Positions 37,100-40,713 of a stretch of DNA of 40,713 nucleotides are shown piece after piece. Origin of the DNA: a virus (lineage: Duplodnaviria > Caudoviricetes); IMG/VR virus record IMGVR_UViG_3300042924_003438, positions 1 through 40,713 of that record. The stretch is one strand, 5' to 3'. Positions within the stretch are counted from its first letter, which is position 1; every line of letters starts with the position of its first letter. Made by a program: the position numbers and the translations under genes. The notes below the pieces were generated by a model. The model was not told the origin of the DNA and did no database searches. It was given only the letters and a program-made list of their open reading frames with translations.

Positions 37100-37396
37100 A
37101 TGACAGATAAAGAAAAGGCGTTAATCATTATTGACTTAATCGAAAAGATTACTCAGGAAATCATTGATAAGCCAATGCAAAGAAAGAAATACTTACAAAT
37201 GCGTGGTCACCTTGAAAAAGCCGTTAAGCTAACAGGGAACGGAATCAAAAGGGAATGGTCACGACCGCCCAGCCTTCCGATTGTTAGTCATGCCAAAGCA
37301 GAACCAGTTCCTTTCGTGCCAACAATAAAGGAAACCAATGGCGATTTATTGGCTGATAACATTCCCGTGATAACCAAAAAAGCAAGAAGAAGATAA
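37100..37396 (+). CDS. Hypothetical protein
   Basis: 98 aa ORF after TerL. Confidence 0.6.
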   Translation: MTDKEKALIIIDLIEKITQEIIDKPMQRKKYLQMRGHLEKAVKLTGNGIKREWSRPPSLPIVSHAKAEPVPFVPTIKETNGDLLADNIPVITKKARRR

Positions 37397-38277
37397 TGGT
37401 AATATTTAATATAGGCAACAAAGCCATCAAGTACAATTATCCTGAGACGGCGGCGGATATTACTTTGGAACAATACATCTACTTTTCTAAGTTTCTTTTG
37501 CCCGAACATCCAAAGGTTGAACTTGAAGCGATTCAATACATGAATGAACGGGACGCGGTTTATCAAAAGATTTTACCGTATGCAAAGAAGTTGAAGGTTA
37601 ATACGAAAAATGCTGAACAAATTGACCTTGTTTACGACTTAGGTAAAATACTGCAAGAACAGGAGGTAAAGGACAATGTTAGACGTTTCCTTCCACCTTT
37701 GATTGAAAAATGGAATACCCTTGATAAAGAACTTGAATCACGCCTTGAAATCATGGACGAGGTCTGGGAGGCAAAAGAAAGATACCCGTATATGGCAAAG
37801 GTGGTAAACTATTTTACAGGCATTCCCCTTGATGCTTGCTTTGGTAAGGTAGCGGATAGCTTAGAATTAAAATACCTTGTATTTATTTACAGTAAGATAA
37901 TGAACGCTATCAATACACCAGCCGAAACCAAATATAAGCAACTGTACGATTTTAACGGCAAGGTCTACACCCTTCCAGAAAGGTTGATGGAAAAATCAAC
38001 GCTCCTTGAGTTTACAATGGCGGCTCAGTATGACAAGGCAATGAATCAAGTTAAGAACGGTGACCCTCAGGGGTTGCTAAACATCATGGCGGTATTATTA
38101 AAACCATTGGGCGAAGATTATTCAGACGAACTCTTTGAGCAAAACAAGGTAGACTTTTTACAAATGTCCTTGCAGACATCCTATGAGGTTGCTTTTTTTT
38201 TGACCAAGTTAAGCGAGAGATATACCTTAGATTTGCAGACCTCTATGTTGCAAAGGGCGATGGAAAATCTCAATTAG
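37396..38277 (+). CDS. Putative tail assembly chaperone (G form)
   Basis: DITLEQY, IMAVLLKP, AFFL slippery site near the 3' end. Confidence 0.7.
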   Translation: MVIFNIGNKAIKYNYPETAADITLEQYIYFSKFLLPEHPKVELEAIQYMNERDAVYQKILPYAKKLKVNTKNAEQIDLVYDLGKILQEQEVKDNVRRFLPPLIEKWNTLDKELESRLEIMDEVWEAKERYPYMAKVVNYFTGIPLDACFGKVADSLELKYLVFIYSKIMNAINTPAETKYKQLYDFNGKVYTLPERLMEKSTLLEFTMAAQYDKAMNQVKNGDPQGLLNIMAVLLKPLGEDYSDELFEQNKVDFLQMSLQTSYEVAFFLTKLSERYTLDLQTSMLQRAMENLN

Positions 38278-38474
38278 CAAGTGAAAGGCTCAATGAAAAA
38301 TACGGTTGGTACTTGACAATTAAAAAAGTAGCGGAGTCTGGATTGTTTAATTTAACAGGATTTACACCTATGGAATCAGCAGAAAAAGCAAAATTGTATC
38401 AAGTGTTTCAATACCTTGCAAGCAAAGCGGCAGAAGAAAAGGTAATCGATGATATATCTAAAAGCAAAAAATGA
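38193..38474 (+). CDS. -1 frameshift extension of the tail assembly chaperone (GT form)
   Basis: T9 run at 38193-38201; the -1 frame is open to TGA 38472-38474, encoding DQVKREIYLRFADLY...KYGWYLTI...SKSKK. Confidence 0.8.
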   Translation, partial: FFFDQVKREIYLRFADLYVAKGDGKSQLASERLNEKYGWYLTIKKVAESGLFNLTGFTPMESAEKAKLYQVFQYLASKAAEEKVIDDISKSKK

Positions 38475-38926
38475 GTTTAGTTCAATTAGCAAATATATTC
38501 GAAGCAGCCACCGACGCCGTAAACGGGTTAAACGGCTTTTCTTTTGGCTGGGCATCAGACCGCGTCCGTTCTCAAATATATACGGAAGAAGGCGAAAATA
38601 ATACCAACATATTTCCACGGGTATTCTTTGCCGTGCCAACCTTAACAAACAATCCAGTCACTCGGAGGGACACCTATCAAGTGACTTTGTTTTTTGATGA
38701 CCTTTTAGGCTACGATGAAAACGGGGACGTAGATACAACTTTGCAGATAACAAAGTGGTCAAACTTAATTGCCTTTGCTGAAAGGTTTATTTTGGAACTG
38801 GGAACAACAAAAACAACCAATAGCATTCCAGACCAAGTAAATCTTGTTTTGGATTCCTTTACGTCGATACAAAGGTTAATCACCGTACAGGCTACTTTTA
38901 ATATTTCAATCAAAAGCGAATGTTAG
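38471..38926 (+). CDS. Putative tail terminator/completion protein
   Basis: 151 aa; FPRVF motif; position in the neck/tail block. Confidence 0.55.
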   Translation: MSLVQLANIFEAATDAVNGLNGFSFGWASDRVRSQIYTEEGENNTNIFPRVFFAVPTLTNNPVTRRDTYQVTLFFDDLLGYDENGDVDTTLQITKWSNLIAFAERFILELGTTKTTNSIPDQVNLVLDSFTSIQRLITVQATFNISIKSEC

Positions 38927-39447
38927 AAGAGTTGCAAAAGTTAGCAGACAATATAAGCGCTTTAGCCATTGAGGTCATTGCAATGGAATGGAGGGCGCAA
39001 GGGCATGAGTTGTCAGGCTCAGCGGTTAAACAAATGGAAACGGTTGTAAAGTTTGAAATTAATACGCTTGTCATTGAGGGGCTTGTTCCTGATTACATGG
39101 CGATAAATAACTCAGGGGTAACGGCGGCAAGGATTCCTTACACGCCTAATTCTGGCAGACCGCCAAGTAAATATATAAGCGGCTTAATTGATTACGTCAA
39201 ACGACGAATGGGTAAAAGTGACAAAGAGGCAAAGAGTATCGCTTTTGCCATTGCATCGAAACATAAGAAAGAAGGAATGCCAACAAAAGGCTCAGTAAGA
39301 TTTAGCACAACGGGTAAACGAACAGGGTTCATCGAACAGGCTTTGGATAAGAATAGTCCAAAGTTTATTGAGTTAATTGAGAATGCCATTACCTTTAGCG
39401 TGGAGGCAACGATTGAAAGTTATTACAAATCAATTCTTAACAGATGA
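38920..39447 (+). CDS. Putative neck/tail-completion protein (HK97 gp10-like)
   Basis: GRPP, AFAIA..K..G, FIEQAL pattern. Confidence 0.55.
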   Translation: MLEELQKLADNISALAIEVIAMEWRAQGHELSGSAVKQMETVVKFEINTLVIEGLVPDYMAINNSGVTAARIPYTPNSGRPPSKYISGLIDYVKRRMGKSDKEAKSIAFAIASKHKKEGMPTKGSVRFSTTGKRTGFIEQALDKNSPKFIELIENAITFSVEATIESYYKSILNR

Positions 39448-40652
39448 GTTACACGATAAATCCAGACACATTATCAAGCCTTCTTTATCCTGTATCTTAT
39501 CGCAGCCTTGAGCCTTCGGCGGTTGTTCAGCAACAAATCGACGTTTATGTTGGTGGCAGCCTTGCGGGTTCTTTTTTAGCGGCTCAAACGGGTACAAGTG
39601 GAAGCAGCGCGGTCTTTGATACCAATGTTCAATCTTTCCTTTACTCAGACGTTGCACCCGTAACAGGAACAAAGACAAGTTTCTTTGGAACGCTTGATAC
39701 TTATTCCCTGACAAATAACACGGATGTAATAAAGTCCGTTTACACGGTAGCAAAGAACCAAACGGTATCAAGTGCGGGATTCCTTATAACGTCAACCGCA
39801 AGCCAAACAAGTTCAACCGCCTATGTTATTCCTTCCCAGTTTTACGGGGACGATAATGACTTTAATCTAAGTGACTTTTATCAACCGTCGGCAAATCCTT
39901 TTCGATTCCTTACCACAAACAACCAAGACAGACGATGTAATGAGGATGGCAATATATTTCTTTCATTTGTTGGCAAAGGGGTAAACGCTGGAAGGTTTCA
40001 ATTTTATACGAAGTCAGGTTCAAGCGCGGAGACGATTGTTGACTTTGTTGTTTCCTCAGCTTCAAACGATTTATATTCTTTGTCGGTTGGCGCGGCTAAT
40101 GTCTTTGGAAGTAGTGCTATTTTTCACATGGGTAATTTTCCAGCGTCATCAAGTGCGTACAATTATTATTCGGTATCGGTTGGTTATTACGACGGGAGTT
40201 ATACGCAGCATTCAGAAAGCATTGAGATTTTCCTTGAGCCTAATTGTTCAGATAACATTGATTTGCATTGGTTCGGTAAATATGGCGGTGCAGAAAGTTA
40301 TCAGTTCCGTGGCTTGATTCAAGATTTGCAAAACGCCAATGCTGATATAATCAACATATCGCAGCCGTGGAACGTTGCAGCAAGTCCACGGGCAAACAGT
40401 TTTGATAAAACAATCATCAAGACAAATCAAAGGGTAAACAAAAGGAAACAAGTTAAATGTAATATTCCACATGAAGACGCAGTTTACATTGCCTCAATGT
40501 TTTATAGCCCTGAGGTGTACATCATCGAGAATGGTAAGTATGTTAATGTTACCATTTCCAACGCGGAAACATTGACGGACAACAATAGGGCAACTGATAT
40601 CGAAGTTAACTTTGAAATTACCTATCCAAATAAACCAACCGCCCAGTTATGA
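39444..40652 (+). CDS. Tail structural protein
   Basis: 402 aa, beta-rich; W.GKYGG.ESY.F and SPEVY motifs; stop overlaps the ATG of the 63..2498 gene across the junction. Confidence 0.65.
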   Translation: MSYTINPDTLSSLLYPVSYRSLEPSAVVQQQIDVYVGGSLAGSFLAAQTGTSGSSAVFDTNVQSFLYSDVAPVTGTKTSFFGTLDTYSLTNNTDVIKSVYTVAKNQTVSSAGFLITSTASQTSSTAYVIPSQFYGDDNDFNLSDFYQPSANPFRFLTTNNQDRRCNEDGNIFLSFVGKGVNAGRFQFYTKSGSSAETIVDFVVSSASNDLYSLSVGAANVFGSSAIFHMGNFPASSSAYNYYSVSVGYYDGSYTQHSESIEIFLEPNCSDNIDLHWFGKYGGAESYQFRGLIQDLQNANADIINISQPWNVAASPRANSFDKTIIKTNQRVNKRKQVKCNIPHEDAVYIASMFYSPEVYIIENGKYVNVTISNAETLTDNNRATDIEVNFEITYPNKPTAQL

Positions 40653-40713
40653 TAAAATTATTTATAGGCGGGCAAGAAGTAGATTTAAATCAAGATGAAG
40701 TCAATGTAACGAT
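40587..40713. repeat. Terminal overlap, copy 2 (identical to 1..127)
   Basis: Exact match to the window start. Confidence 0.97.

Larger units (their letters stand above)
1..40713. mobile_element. Complete circularly assembled tailed bacteriophage genome (Caudoviricetes, siphovirus-like; probable Bacteroidota host)
   Basis: Terminase, portal, ClpP-like head protease, capsid, tape measure, holin and amidase all present; the two ends overlap by 127 bp; no flanking host genes and no integrase seen. Confidence 0.95.

Noticed and set aside
40587-40713. 127-bp terminal repeat as a biological direct terminal repeat
   Set aside because: The length equals a common assembler k-mer and it falls in the middle of coding sequence; best explained as a circular assembly overlap
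1-40713. Alternative genetic code, tRNA genes, introns or inteins
   Set aside because: Standard-code ORFs tile the genome, terminase and capsid are uninterrupted, and no cloverleaf was seen in the intergenic gaps

Overview
The window is an essentially complete, circularly assembled genome (about 40.6 kb; first and last 127 bp identical) of a tailed dsDNA phage, most likely with a long non-contractile tail. The host is inferred to be Bacteroidota, from TAnnTTTG promoters, A-rich ribosome-binding regions without Shine-Dalgarno sequences, and signal peptides followed by Gln. The + strand arm (27869 through the origin to 18458) carries a sugar-modification cluster, SSB, a ParB-DNA methyltransferase fusion, DUF4417 plus an R-S-E ADP-ribosyltransferase, terminase, tail, head, fibre and lysis genes. 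The - strand arm (27800 down to 18541) carries an HNH-AP2 endonuclease, a replication initiator with internal iterons, a PD-(D/E)XK nuclease, a RuvC-like resolvase, a membrane-anchored GH73-like muramidase and small ORFs behind repeated promoter cassettes. I found no integrase, DNA polymerase, tRNA or CRISPR array. The most striking observation is that three consecutive genes in the tail-fibre position encode proteins with host-type secretion signal peptides, and the two fibre-like ones are dense in Bacteroidota O-glycosylation sequons D-(S/T)-(A/I/L/M/T/V). The phage also encodes its own glycosyltransferases, sugar aminotransferase and methyltransferase, which suggests a secreted, glycosylated fibre system (inference). 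Other highlights are a -1 frameshift extension of the tail chaperone, a kissing-loop terminator leader upstream of the replication genes, and an AT-rich DUF4417/ADP-ribosyltransferase/small-ORF cassette. All family assignments come from motif recognition by eye, not database searches.
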